From positions 17,585 to 81,584 of the IMG/VR virus record IMGVR_UViG_3300030110_004856: a stretch of DNA of 64,000 nt; one strand, written 5' to 3'. This stretch comes from a virus. This document shows positions 1 through 9,795 of this stretch, piece after piece. The notes under the pieces are model-generated. The model had not been told where the DNA came from. It ran no database searches and was given only the letters and a program-made list of their open reading frames with translations. Each line of letters begins with the position of its first letter. The first letter of the stretch is position 1. Made by a program: the position numbers and the translations under genes.

Positions 1-533
1 CTTCCAGGTTCCAGCTCAAAACTAAGCTCAGAATCACTCTCGTTTTCTGTTATTTCGTCTGCTGTAATAGCCAAACGAACGTATCTTTTGTTCTGCCCGT
101 ATGTTGTTGAAGGCAGACCTAAGTTGCTATTCTTAACTCTATAGCTATAGAGAATGACAACTTCCTCGACAGAGCCGTTGAGGTCGTGGTAGACCCGATA
201 TTGGTTTTTGTTGAAGAAATAGATCTGATACTTCAGTTTTTCATCAGGACGGAAGTAAAACAAACCACAACCGTCGATCAGGAAGTTCCTGATAATCGAA
301 GGAAATCGAATATCAAGCCTGTTGAGGGCAATAACGTCTTCTAAGAACCTAGAACGACTCTTATAGGTGTCTTGTTCACAGTAGAAGGTGATACCCTTCT
401 TGATCATGTACAGGACCATCTGCTGGATGTGACTAAGCACAACCATCGTCGCTGATTGATTTGAGCGATCCTGAGTCCTTGCGGCTTCTAGGATCTCCTC
501 AAACCGGTTTCTGATTTCAGTTGAGGATGACAT
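1..533 (-). CDS. Probable portal protein, N-terminal part (runs off the window edge)
   Basis: Open frame I read from ATG at 533 (MSSSTEIRNRFEEILEAARTQDRSNQSATMVVLSHIQQM...NFLIDGCGLFYFRPD...); absent from the ORF track because it is truncated. The portal call rests on its position downstream of terL and a portal-like 'LIDGCGLFYF' strand pattern (inference). Confidence 0.5.
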   Translation of the reverse strand, partial: MSSSTEIRNRFEEILEAARTQDRSNQSATMVVLSHIQQMVLYMIKKGITFYCEQDTYKSRSRFLEDVIALNRLDIRFPSIIRNFLIDGCGLFYFRPDEKLKYQIYFFNKNQYRVYHDLNGSVEEVVILYSYRVKNSNLGLPSTTYGQNKRYVRLAITADEITENESDSELSFELEPG

Positions 534-539
534 TCAGAG

Positions 540-695
540 TCACTTGTCCTTTTTACGCATTTCCTTGGCCTTACGAGCCTTCTCAAGAGCAGACTTACGC
601 TTCTCCTGATTGCCTCCCTCTTCTTTTTTCTCGTCATCTTCTCCTTGCTTTTTCTTGAACCTCTCTAGGAGTTCAGGCGGCATCTTGTTCGTCAT
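540..695 (-). CDS. Small Lys/Glu-rich hypothetical protein
   Basis: ORF MTNKMPPELLERFKKKQGEDDEKK...KARKAKEMRKKDK read by eye; fills the gap between adjacent minus-strand genes. Confidence 0.6.
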   Translation of the reverse strand: MTNKMPPELLERFKKKQGEDDEKKEEGGNQEKRKSALEKARKAKEMRKKDK

Positions 696-1500
696 CGGGA
701 AGAAGATACTTTCTAACTCTTTCTAGTTTAACCACCTCTTCGGGCAAATCCTCAACCGGATACTCAGTTAGTAAATGGTCTTGGCGTCCGAGCATATCGG
801 TATTGCCGGGTTCCGCAACAAAATCATCGCACAGCTGTTGAACCTCTGGCTTGTCCCAGATGTAGTATTCGGCGATGTTGCGGAGTTTGGTTTTTCTTCG
901 GTCTGCATCTCCCATCCAAGAGAAATGCCAGCCAGCATTCCGAACACCAACATAATAATTGTCAGTCGACGCCCGCATCGCCGATAGAGTTCCGAATTCT
1001 TTGAGCTTTCCGACTGTGCTAGCCACACCGCAACGCCAATCAAAGAGTTCACCCTCCGGAGAAACGAGTTGACGATCTGCACGTCCGTAGTGCATGCTCA
1101 TACTCATTCTAATAATCTTATTTTCCTCCATATCGACAGAACGCTTGATTGCTTCGATTGCAGAAGGGTTAGTGATCTCGTCGCAATCAGAACAAATAAA
1201 GTAATCGTCATCATCAAGCATAGAAAGGCCAATGCTGAGAGCATCGCGCTGACCTCTTTCACGAATCCACGGATCTGGAGCTTCCGTAGCGCTTGGAAGC
1301 TCAACATGAAGGACTTGAATCTTTTCTTCTGGTAAACCCAACTCGCGAATAGTCTCCACACAGGAGAACGCTTTTTTGTCTCCACGGTGGGTGCGGTTTG
1401 CGTCAGTAATCAGAAAACCATCAACGTGGTTCTCCAACGTGCGGACGCGCAGCTCTAGGAGTTCTTTTTCGTTGAAATACGTAAAGCAGTCAACAATCAC
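673..1500 (-). CDS. Glycosyltransferase family 17-like (beta-1,4-GlcNAc transferase type)
   Basis: N-terminal 'VDCFTYFNEKELLELRV', 'THRGDKK', 'RERGQRD', DxD motif 'SDCDEI' and 'AGWHFSW' are hallmark GT17 motifs. Confidence 0.85.
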   Translation of the reverse strand: MIVDCFTYFNEKELLELRVRTLENHVDGFLITDANRTHRGDKKAFSCVETIRELGLPEEKIQVLHVELPSATEAPDPWIRERGQRDALSIGLSMLDDDDYFICSDCDEITNPSAIEAIKRSVDMEENKIIRMSMSMHYGRADRQLVSPEGELFDWRCGVASTVGKLKEFGTLSAMRASTDNYYVGVRNAGWHFSWMGDADRRKTKLRNIAEYYIWDKPEVQQLCDDFVAEPGNTDMLGRQDHLLTEYPVEDLPEEVVKLERVRKYLLPDDEQDAA

Positions 1501-1524
1501 AAAACGCTTGCTAGTAGCAACATG

Positions 1525-1746
1525 CTACCTGCGATCCTTCGCTGATGCCAAAAGCTGTCTCTTCATGACTTCTACATCAGCTCTCTCGTCCATGTTGGGA
1601 TCAAAAGCTTCATTAGAATCCGCATTCGGCGGAGGAGGTGGGGGTGGTGCACCTGCTTCTTGATCGAGTCCCTGACGGACAAAGTCTCCATAGCGGTTTT
1701 CACCACGCATGGAGTTTTGCATTTGAGAAAGTTGGTTGTAGTTCAT
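1525..1746 (-). CDS. Hypothetical protein (poly-Pro)
   Basis: 73 aa ORF, translationally coupled to the upstream gene. Confidence 0.6.
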   Translation of the reverse strand: MNYNQLSQMQNSMRGENRYGDFVRQGLDQEAGAPPPPPPPNADSNEAFDPNMDERADVEVMKRQLLASAKDRR

Positions 1747-2024
1747 CAGAAAAGAACAACAGCAGAAGTAATGTCACCACCAGAGATGGTTGTGGCACCA
1801 ACAGGGAGCAGAGGGTTATTAACAAACCCACCCATAGGAATGAGTTGTCCTTGTCCGTCGTTCAGTTCGATATAAACAACATCGCTATTGTTGCTAGTGA
1901 TGACGCTGACGCCACGGCACGTGGAAAAAGTTTTAGGACCGTCAGAGGGAGTCCACCTAAAACCACTTGCATAAGGCAAGGACGCAACCTGCCCGTATAC
2001 AGTTCCAAAGGCTGGGATATCCAT
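1746..2024 (-). CDS. Hypothetical small beta-rich virion-type protein
   Basis: 92 aa; ends in 'LLPVGATTISGGDITSAVVLF', resembling small phage structural proteins. Confidence 0.6.
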   Translation of the reverse strand: MDIPAFGTVYGQVASLPYASGFRWTPSDGPKTFSTCRGVSVITSNNSDVVYIELNDGQGQLIPMGGFVNNPLLPVGATTISGGDITSAVVLF

Positions 2025-2041
2025 AGCTCAGGAAATAATCA

Positions 2042-2266
2042 TCATTCTACCTCTTTCTCCTTAATCAACAGGTTTAAGTACCACTGAGCTTTTTTTAAGG
2101 ACTCAACTCCTTGCTTGTGGTTCTCTCTCCAGATGTACTTTATGCAGTTGGCTTTGCAGTAACCAAAAAACTCTTCATCAGTTAGTGCAGACTTAATCGC
2201 ATCAATACACTCGATACCACCAGCGGTGTAGTGCGATGGGTGGTTGACGTTGTCGACTACGCTCAT
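2042..2266 (-). CDS. DUF3310 domain protein
   Basis: 'DNVNHPSHYTAGGIECIDAI...KYIWRENHKQGVESLKKAQWYL' is the canonical DUF3310 signature. Confidence 0.9.
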   Translation of the reverse strand: MSVVDNVNHPSHYTAGGIECIDAIKSALTDEEFFGYCKANCIKYIWRENHKQGVESLKKAQWYLNLLIKEKEVE

Positions 2267-3135
2267 ACAAACATGTTCTCGGTGGTTATGCAGTCTGCCT
2301 GCTTTAGGAGGTTATCAGAGTATTTTGTATCCAAGTGACGTATCAAACCTTCGTCAGCGATGGTTACCCAATCACCTTTTCGCACCAGAGGCACCACGCG
2401 TCTGTGGTCTTGTCCTTCTTCTAGGTTTTCAAAGGCAATACCCATAGATGAACGATCGGCAATAGGCCAGTTGCGGTGACCAACCATTCGATGGCTGAGT
2501 TCAGGGTGAGAACTGACCGAAGCAATGTACTCTTCAGCCATTTCTTGATCAAGAATCATCATCCCTGAATAAGGGTTGCCTAGCAGGATGAAACCAAGAT
2601 ACTTCTCGTGCGTAGGAGTCAAATAAACCTTTGCTTGATGCGGAATGTCGTGCCAAACATTTTCCGTAAGCTCAGTCAAGTTGTACCTTTTGTAGTTGTC
2701 AAAAGGAATCTTGAGGTCCCCGTTTAGTTCGTATCTACAGAACGAGGGTTCTAGGTTTAGTTCTTTCAACATATCTTTGTTCTCCAACCAGTAGTTCAGG
2801 TGGTCGGGAGTAAACAACATATCGTTTTCAGAGTACATGTAGTAATCGTATGTGCTCTGAGTTACAGCTAACCGTAGAAGATTTTTGTGTGCCCAGCACA
2901 AGTGGTAACCGGTATAGCTAGAAGGAGCGGCAACAATCTCTACGTTCAGTTTTTCGCAGATGTTTGCTTCGATCAAATCACGGAGATCCTCTTGATCTCG
3001 CATGTGTTCGTAATCGATATAGATAACTACCGTTGTCTGAAAAGGAAATTTCGCATACTCCTTCAGACACTTGAGAAGTGGATCAAAGCGAGACAGAGGG
3101 TCGTGGGCAGTAACCAGAATGAGAAATTTTTTCAT
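2263..3135 (-). CDS. Putative glycosyltransferase (GT-A-like)
   Basis: N-terminal beta strand 'FLILVTAH' and 'YDYYMYSENDML' (ExD variant of DxD); coupled to terL. Confidence 0.55.
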   Translation of the reverse strand: MKKFLILVTAHDPLSRFDPLLKCLKEYAKFPFQTTVVIYIDYEHMRDQEDLRDLIEANICEKLNVEIVAAPSSYTGYHLCWAHKNLLRLAVTQSTYDYYMYSENDMLFTPDHLNYWLENKDMLKELNLEPSFCRYELNGDLKIPFDNYKRYNLTELTENVWHDIPHQAKVYLTPTHEKYLGFILLGNPYSGMMILDQEMAEEYIASVSSHPELSHRMVGHRNWPIADRSSMGIAFENLEEGQDHRRVVPLVRKGDWVTIADEGLIRHLDTKYSDNLLKQADCITTENMFV

Positions 3136-4661
3136 CAGTACTCAACGGAGAATTGACCTCGTTTTTGGAGGAAAGTCATTAACCAAACGTAAGCATCCAA
3201 CAAGTCATCGTGGCTAGTTGCACCAATATTGATTAACTGGTCGATAAGCGCCTCAAACTTTCGGTACTTGTTGAAAGTCACCTTTTTGTTCTCCAGAAGA
3301 CCTAAGGTCCCCCGGAACCTAGCAATTTTGTCTCCCCTAAACCCTTTGACTTCGTGGATGTGCAGGTTGTAAAGGCCACGCTCGTTCAAGAGAACTCTTC
3401 GTATATCAGCAGCAAGACTAGCTTGATACGCTACAGCCTCAACGACGAGGGTTACAGTTGAATATGTAGGCATGTACACACCGTCCTGGAGCACCAGGAT
3501 GCCCCACTCCACCAACATGTCGCAGAGAAGATCGATTTTTTCTAAATTTCCAATTGAACGGACCTGATGAGCGTCCACGATGTAGTAGTCATCTTTCAAT
3601 CTTCCCCCTAAAACAAATGCGGTGTAGTCAGACGTTTCGTTTTTACTTGCCGAAAGGTCAATGCCCACAGCCAGAGAATCAAACTCTGTGGCAACTTCTC
3701 CTTTGACAATGAGATCAGGAGACAGCACCAAGTCAGAAGACATCACTGCCTGCTGTTGATACTGGTAAGCAAACGCCACAGGATCTAGTTCTTTCTGTTG
3801 CAGCAGGTATGTTGCCGACCACTGACTAGGCCAGTAACTAACAGGCTCACCATCGTTGTCGTAAGTAATAGCTTCTTGGGAAACCTGCTTCCAACCTTTT
3901 TGTGGGATGAACATAGTTTTATGAATATCCAGCGGATGGAATCGGGTGCCGAGACATATCGACCTGCCACCTTCAAACACAATCGGTGCGATAACACTCG
4001 ACCAGTTATTATTCATCTCCTCCCTAATCGAAGGGTTTTTGATATCAGCGCTGGATTTAATAGGGTCATCCACAATGACAAGGTGAGCACGTTTAGACGT
4101 AATCGACCCTCTCAGCCCCGCAGCACGAAGAGTAAATTCTTCATCACCCACTCGACTGATACCTGCATAGTCAAAATCAATTGACCAGCCCACATCACTC
4201 TGCATACCCTGGCGGAGCTGCACTCGCGGAAAAATTTTTCTGAAGGTCGCTGAGTCAATGATCTGCTTGATAATCCGACTCTTCGGAATAGCAGTATTGA
4301 TGTTGTACGAGCAGTAGATAATCTGAAGCGGTCTTTTCTGTGTGGTGTGGCGTCCAATAACCCACGCGGTAAATAAGTTCAGAACCGTGCTTTTTGCCGA
4401 TCCACGGGGAGCCAAAATATCTAAGTTGGGTCCGGCTATGTCAAGCAGATATTTATTTGATTCACCAGTAACAAGATGTTTATGCCACTCCAGCATATGT
4501 TGTGCTGGTGGTTTATCTAGAACAGTACAGAAGGTAAGGAAATCATCCTGTGCTCTAGCAAATACGTTATCTACACCGAAGTTGTCTTCATCGGCATCCA
4601 CAGCGCGTTGAGCCTTTAGTCGTAAAGCTCTCCGGTACGCAAAAGTTTCTCTACTCGGCAT
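3135..4661 (-). CDS. terL: Terminase large subunit
   Basis: Walker A 'APRGSAKST', Walker B 'VIVDDP', 'GTRFHPLD', nuclease 'GIDLS' and 'HDDLLDA'. Likely start MPSRET at 4661; the longer ORF-track start overlaps the divergent gene. Confidence 0.92.
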   Translation of the reverse strand: MPSRETFAYRRALRLKAQRAVDADEDNFGVDNVFARAQDDFLTFCTVLDKPPAQHMLEWHKHLVTGESNKYLLDIAGPNLDILAPRGSAKSTVLNLFTAWVIGRHTTQKRPLQIIYCSYNINTAIPKSRIIKQIIDSATFRKIFPRVQLRQGMQSDVGWSIDFDYAGISRVGDEEFTLRAAGLRGSITSKRAHLVIVDDPIKSSADIKNPSIREEMNNNWSSVIAPIVFEGGRSICLGTRFHPLDIHKTMFIPQKGWKQVSQEAITYDNDGEPVSYWPSQWSATYLLQQKELDPVAFAYQYQQQAVMSSDLVLSPDLIVKGEVATEFDSLAVGIDLSASKNETSDYTAFVLGGRLKDDYYIVDAHQVRSIGNLEKIDLLCDMLVEWGILVLQDGVYMPTYSTVTLVVEAVAYQASLAADIRRVLLNERGLYNLHIHEVKGFRGDKIARFRGTLGLLENKKVTFNKYRKFEALIDQLINIGATSHDDLLDAYVWLMTFLQKRGQFSVEY

Positions 4662-4705
4662 ATCTAAAAACTGTCTGTATAGTGTTAGGAAGATTCTACT
4701 TCTGT

Positions 4706-5878
4706 ATGGCCAAAATTCTCTGGTATGGAGATGCAGTTTCTCATACGGGTTTTGCACGTGTAACCCATAGTCTCCTAGAGCACCTCAGCAAAAACCATGA
4801 AGTTGTAGTGTTCGGTATTAACTATAACGGAGATCCGCACCAATACGATTTTAAAATCTACCCTGCAGCCGGGGTTCATCCTGGTGATCGTTTTGGTTTG
4901 GCTCGTTTACCTTCAGTGGTTGAGGAAGAGAAGCCTGACTTCATTATCGCTGTAAACGATATCTGGATGATCAATCAGGTGTGGGAAAAGATTCATTTCC
5001 TGCAACCAACTCTGGGTTTTAAATTCATACCTTACTTCCCCATTGACTCTGAGCGGTACGTAGATTCTATGCTCAGGTATGTGCAGGACTGGGATTTTTC
5101 AGTCACCTTTACAGTCCAACAAGCACAGCGCATCCAAAATCACAATGTCCAACCGAAGATGTTGGGTGTTCTTCCTCATGGTATTGACGCAGAGAAGTTC
5201 TTCCCCATGGATCAGGAAGAAGCTCGTAGAAAGTTGAGTCTTCCTGCAGGTAAATTCATTGTCCTCAACGCTAATAGAAACCAACCTCGCAAACGAATTG
5301 ACCTGACAATCCAAGCATTTGCTGAGTTTGCTAAGGACAAACCCGACACCATGCTCTATCTGCATATGGGTGAGAAAGATTTGGGATGGAGCGTTCGTGA
5401 AATCTTTAACTCAGAAATGCAACGACGCGATCTAGACCCAACGAACCGGTTGATTATGACCGCACGGAATATCAACTATATGGCTCCGCCTACCGACGAA
5501 ACACTAAACTTAATCTATAACTCCTGTGACGTTGGTATAAATACAGCAGATGGAGAAGGTTGGGGACTCGTTCCATTCGAGCATGCGTCGTGTAAAAAAG
5601 CACAAGTGGTTCCTGACCACACGTCTTGTCGAGATATTTGGCGTGGAAGTGGATGTCTAATCGATGTCGCGGCTTGGGTTCGAGATAAAGATCTCAGCGT
5701 TGAAAGAGGAATTATCGACGTTTCTTCTGCCGTCGACCATCTCAACAAGCTTTACAACGACAAGGCATTTAGAGACGAAGTAGCTCAAGAGTGCTACGAA
5801 GTTACGCAGAATCCCAGTTACCGCTGGGATCAGATTGCACTCGGATTTGAAAAAGCAATGGAGGATCTGTCCAAATGA
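4706..5878 (+). CDS. Glycosyltransferase family 4 (GT-B)
   Basis: 'TGFARVT', 'PHGID', 'NRNQPRKRID' and the EX7E motif 'GEGWGLVPFE'. Confidence 0.9.
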   Translation: MAKILWYGDAVSHTGFARVTHSLLEHLSKNHEVVVFGINYNGDPHQYDFKIYPAAGVHPGDRFGLARLPSVVEEEKPDFIIAVNDIWMINQVWEKIHFLQPTLGFKFIPYFPIDSERYVDSMLRYVQDWDFSVTFTVQQAQRIQNHNVQPKMLGVLPHGIDAEKFFPMDQEEARRKLSLPAGKFIVLNANRNQPRKRIDLTIQAFAEFAKDKPDTMLYLHMGEKDLGWSVREIFNSEMQRRDLDPTNRLIMTARNINYMAPPTDETLNLIYNSCDVGINTADGEGWGLVPFEHASCKKAQVVPDHTSCRDIWRGSGCLIDVAAWVRDKDLSVERGIIDVSSAVDHLNKLYNDKAFRDEVAQECYEVTQNPSYRWDQIALGFEKAMEDLSK

Positions 5879-6963
5879 GTACTCAACACATTCGATACCA
5901 CGCCTCGATGAGCAGCGTGTGCTATCCGTCTAGGGTGCGCATGTATCAACACGGAGGCCCCTGTGTTTACCAGCAAGCTGAGGACCTGGGTGGTGTGTTC
6001 ACCAGAATTAATCGAGGACTTCCTTTTCGTTCGGTAGCTAACTTTAGTCCTTGCTTGTTCGAACACGAAGGTCACCAACTAATTGCGTGGCGATCTCAGC
6101 CTGAACCATTTGTGTTCCGGCACGACATGAAGTACTTCTACTACAACAGTGTTCCTACAGATGTCTATGTAGGTGAACTTATTGGTGACGACACAATTGT
6201 CGGAGCTAAGAAAGTAAGAAACAAACCTCACAAATTAAGTTATGAGGACCCAAGACTGTTTCATGACTTTCAGGGAAACCTGATGTGTCAATTCATCACG
6301 AGCACTTACGCTTCGCGTTGGGATAACACCAATCACAAAATGGCAAAAACTCCCAAAGTTTGCGTGGGAGAAATCAATCGTTTTGGTCAGTGTGTAGATG
6401 CTTTCTACCCTGAGATCGGATTAAACCATACAGATGGTGGCTCAGAGAAAAACTGGTGCTTCTTCCAAGACGACGACAAAACTCGTCTTCTTTATTCGAC
6501 CGTACCGATTGTCATCAAGACACCGGGAGAAAAGGAAAAAAGGATCGACTCTTCAGTACTTCAACAGGTGACTGGAGATTTTCCGACTTTCAACTCCACA
6601 GCGCCAATCAAAATTGGAGATGAGTGGCTTGTCTTTTACCACTTTAAGTTCATGGGTAGGGTGCCAGACCAAGAACGACCAATTTTGTTCTACGGATTGA
6701 GCTGCTACACGTTAGACGAAAAACTTACCAAAATCGTGCGTCACATGCCTGAAGTGATGTTTGAAGGGTCTATGGAAGATGAGCTAATTACGTGGACTGA
6801 CGTTCAAGGTAATCCAGTCTCCAAACAACCAGCTTGCATTCTTCCTTTCGGGGCCACGGTAAAAGAAGACGTTCTCAGTCTTTCTCTTGGGGTCAATGAT
6901 TGCTTTATGGGTATCTTCCGAATGGAATTAAACAATCTACTTAGTTTGATGGAGAAGGTTTAG
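5875..6963 (+). CDS. Five-bladed beta-propeller glycosidase/phosphorylase-like protein (GH130/GH43-like)
   Basis: 'NFSPCL', 'YEDPRLF', 'EKNWCFF', 'WLVFYH', 'LPFGA...LSLGVND' match the GH130-like propeller pattern. Confidence 0.7.
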   Translation: MSTQHIRYHASMSSVCYPSRVRMYQHGGPCVYQQAEDLGGVFTRINRGLPFRSVANFSPCLFEHEGHQLIAWRSQPEPFVFRHDMKYFYYNSVPTDVYVGELIGDDTIVGAKKVRNKPHKLSYEDPRLFHDFQGNLMCQFITSTYASRWDNTNHKMAKTPKVCVGEINRFGQCVDAFYPEIGLNHTDGGSEKNWCFFQDDDKTRLLYSTVPIVIKTPGEKEKRIDSSVLQQVTGDFPTFNSTAPIKIGDEWLVFYHFKFMGRVPDQERPILFYGLSCYTLDEKLTKIVRHMPEVMFEGSMEDELITWTDVQGNPVSKQPACILPFGATVKEDVLSLSLGVNDCFMGIFRMELNNLLSLMEKV

Positions 6964-7493
6964 CTCTTCTCCTCTCGTTCGATGGTGCTCCAGATGACGA
7001 GTGATGCTTCTTCAAGCAGAGCCATCATCGCGGGCACATCTTCGAAAGTATTGTTTAGTTCACGAAGACAACGATCAGCGCCAGCCAGTAAGAGACCACG
7101 GCGATCAACACCATCAGTGAGGCTTCTGACCGCTTGGATGTGCGATCTGAGTTCTTTTTGAAGAACGGAAATCTTGGTGGCAGCTGTGGCATGATCAAGC
7201 ATCCCAGTCAAAGTCATTTGACGGACATTCTCGATGTCTACTTTTAATGAGTCAATCTCGATCAGCAGGATCTTTCGCAGATCTTCTTTAGGGTACTTCT
7301 CCTGCACGTATGCAGTCAGATCAGAGATCGATCCTGAGTACCCAGGCTGAAGAAAACGAGCGTAGAGAAATGCCTCGATATCGCTGACGCAATTCTTGCA
7401 GTAGAACTTGAATGCGTCTTTTTGAGTTTTATCGAGAGTATCTAACCACGCGCCAACGGTAGTCGAGTCACCAATAACACTAGTGCTGATCAT
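6960..7493 (-). CDS. Hypothetical helical protein (terminase small subunit candidate)
   Basis: 177 aa helical/coiled-coil protein; the first minus-strand gene upstream of terL once the plus-strand GT island is skipped. TerS identity is speculative. Confidence 0.45.
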   Translation of the reverse strand: MISTSVIGDSTTVGAWLDTLDKTQKDAFKFYCKNCVSDIEAFLYARFLQPGYSGSISDLTAYVQEKYPKEDLRKILLIEIDSLKVDIENVRQMTLTGMLDHATAATKISVLQKELRSHIQAVRSLTDGVDRRGLLLAGADRCLRELNNTFEDVPAMMALLEEASLVIWSTIEREEKS

Positions 7494-8227
7494 GCAAATC
7501 TGCTGGTTCCTGCTAGTGCCAGGTTAACTCCTTGACGACGCAGTGCCATCTGTCGTTTACCTTCAGCTTGGATTCGTGCGAGTGAGCCTAAATCCCTGAC
7601 TTCCTGTAGTTTGATGTCGTTGTTTAGCTGCTGAGATTTAAGAGCCATATTCCCTTTCGCGTCAGCTCGGGTGTCAAAAACATCACCGATAGTATATGCC
7701 TGATCAAGGGCAGCGTTAAGCTTGCCCATTTCTTCATTCTTCCTCAAACCAATATTCGTTTCAGCTGCTTCCTTATACAGGTCCATTTCATTAGCTAGGG
7801 CTGCACTGCCTGCTTCGTACTCAAACTTTGGCTTGAGTTTTTCAACTTGCAAACGTGCATCAGCAGTATCTCCCAGAAGCTGGATGCCACGCTGTGTCAA
7901 ACCTCCAGCTTCTTGTCCCAGCAGACCCGTGGCACTCTGCGACCGATTAGCAGCTTCAGCCAACTGTGTGAGCTGACCGCTGCTAATCAGATTGCCTCGT
8001 TGCCCTAAAGCTCCGCTATAGGCACCGGTCAAGGAAGCTAAACCTTGTGCAGCAGCAGTTAGAGGAGCATTAGCAGCCGCTGCAGCAGAAGCATATTGCT
8101 GCAAATAGAGTGCAGTATTTGGGTCCATTCCCCCAGAACTCCCACCGGAGGATCTACTTCCACCGCCAAAAAGACTGCCGACAAGAGGAGCAGCAACGGA
8201 TAATGCGGGACCGAGCCAAGCAGCCAT
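7490..8227 (-). CDS. Probable internal virion/ejection protein
   Basis: Hydrophobic Gly/Ala N-terminus 'MAAWLGPALSVAAPLVGSLFGGGS' followed by an Ala/Gln-rich helical body, typical of DNA-ejection proteins. Confidence 0.55.
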   Translation of the reverse strand: MAAWLGPALSVAAPLVGSLFGGGSRSSGGSSGGMDPNTALYLQQYASAAAAANAPLTAAAQGLASLTGAYSGALGQRGNLISSGQLTQLAEAANRSQSATGLLGQEAGGLTQRGIQLLGDTADARLQVEKLKPKFEYEAGSAALANEMDLYKEAAETNIGLRKNEEMGKLNAALDQAYTIGDVFDTRADAKGNMALKSQQLNNDIKLQEVRDLGSLARIQAEGKRQMALRRQGVNLALAGTSRFA

Positions 8228-8233
8228 GACTAA

Positions 8234-9040
8234 TTAGCGAATAGGGGGAAGAACAGAAGCGCCAGGTTTAAACGCACCAGCACCAGCCTGAACAACTGGA
8301 GAAAGAGCACTCAAAGTGCCTGCATTAGGCACACTGGACGTGTAAGCAATCTGTGCAAGGCTTTGAGCGATAGCCGTGTTAGCTCTAATCGTTTCTTGCT
8401 CGATTGCTTTCCACGCATTAATGCGAGAAATACTTTCTTGCCGTCTGCTGTTTTCCCTAGTTCTTTCTTCGATGCTTTCTAGCACCTGCTGATTGACTGC
8501 CAGCTTGGCGTCTCTTTGTCGTGCTGTAGCAGCGTCTAGGTACGCTGGGGAGTTAACAGTATCAAACTGGTCACGTCGATCTCTCGCCAGTCCAACAAGG
8601 GTCTCAAGATAACCATCAAGGTTAGTAGGGTCACTTACTTGGCCACTCTGAAACGCAGTAGTTCCAGTGTTGGAGTTGGTGGTGTTTACGTTGGGGTTTG
8701 AAGGAGGGTCGTTTTGACTTGAGTTGTCGCTTACAGGAGGAGTTGTGTCGCCACCACCGTCGTTATTTGAACCACCACCCAGTGCATTCATTGCTGCATA
8801 AGTTCCTCCTACACCAACTCCCAACGGAAGAGCGGTTGTAGCAAGTCCCTTTAGTGCTTGAAGTGTTCTGTTTTGCGCAGGTTGAATTGTTCTAGTTGCT
8901 TGATCCAGCAACGCTCCCATAAGTTCATCAACCTTCTCTGGTCCTACGGCATTACGAAATCCTTTGGCAACTTGAGCAGCACCGTCAGGATTCTTAATTG
9001 CTGCCCTTGTTAAATCGCCAATTATTCTTCTGACAGTCAT
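8234..9040 (-). CDS. Probable internal virion/ejection protein
   Basis: Central Gly-rich hydrophobic segment, low-complexity Asn/Thr linker, helical C-terminus. Confidence 0.5.
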   Translation of the reverse strand: MTVRRIIGDLTRAAIKNPDGAAQVAKGFRNAVGPEKVDELMGALLDQATRTIQPAQNRTLQALKGLATTALPLGVGVGGTYAAMNALGGGSNNDGGGDTTPPVSDNSSQNDPPSNPNVNTTNSNTGTTAFQSGQVSDPTNLDGYLETLVGLARDRRDQFDTVNSPAYLDAATARQRDAKLAVNQQVLESIEERTRENSRRQESISRINAWKAIEQETIRANTAIAQSLAQIAYTSSVPNAGTLSALSPVVQAGAGAFKPGASVLPPIR

Positions 9041-9561
9041 TAGATTACTTGCCCCACAGCTGAATCTGCATTAACTCTAGCGTTACTGAGGATATCCCCA
9101 ATAACTTGACCTAGAAGCTCATCACCAGACTTAACGACTGTGGCCGTACCTTGAGCAATAGCAGGGTTAGTAGCCTGCATAACGCCCAGTTCACCCAGAG
9201 CGATTTCGCCAGTACGAGTTTCTCTTAGTGCTTCTAGGTTTTTTTGAAATCGATTATCGATCAATTCGCGTGGATCAATTTCAGTACCACCCTCGCTGAG
9301 TCCTATTTTTTGCAGAATTTTATTTAAAGCATTCGAAAGAAGTGCTTGTTGATAAATAGCTGCTTCCTGTGAAGGCGAAACAGTGTACTTACCAGCTGTA
9401 GTGTTCCCTGCTTGAAGTGCTTGATTAGGAGAAGCAACAGCAGATTGGACTCCGCCCAAAACGGGACCAAGCAATTTTTCCAGCAGAGCGAACGTCGCAG
9501 CTGTTTTAAAACCTGTATTGATGGCACCACCGGCCATCGGTAGTAATCCAGGAGCAGCCAT
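9040..9561 (-). CDS. Probable internal virion protein
   Basis: Gly/Ala/Leu-rich, coupled to its neighbours. Confidence 0.5.
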   Translation of the reverse strand: MAAPGLLPMAGGAINTGFKTAATFALLEKLLGPVLGGVQSAVASPNQALQAGNTTAGKYTVSPSQEAAIYQQALLSNALNKILQKIGLSEGGTEIDPRELIDNRFQKNLEALRETRTGEIALGELGVMQATNPAIAQGTATVVKSGDELLGQVIGDILSNARVNADSAVGQVI

Positions 9562-9794
9562 TAGAAACCTCCAGGGTTGTCGTAGGTGGTGCCTTGGCGA
9601 GGCTTCTTCATGTATTTTAGACTATTCTCTTTGTCTTGAGTAGGAGGTGTCAAAGCCTCCTTTTGTTGTTTAGAAGGATGAGATCCGGTCTCTACAAAGT
9701 TAGACAACAGATAACGACGAAGAAACTCACCCGGATTTACCTCAGGTGCCCCTCTTCTTACATCTCTCTCACGCAGTTGCTTAGCTCGATCCAT
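9561..9794 (-). CDS. Hypothetical protein
   Basis: 77 aa, in a tightly packed operon. Confidence 0.6.
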   Translation of the reverse strand: MDRAKQLRERDVRRGAPEVNPGEFLRRYLLSNFVETGSHPSKQQKEALTPPTQDKENSLKYMKKPRQGTTYDNPGGF

Positions 9795-9795
9795 T

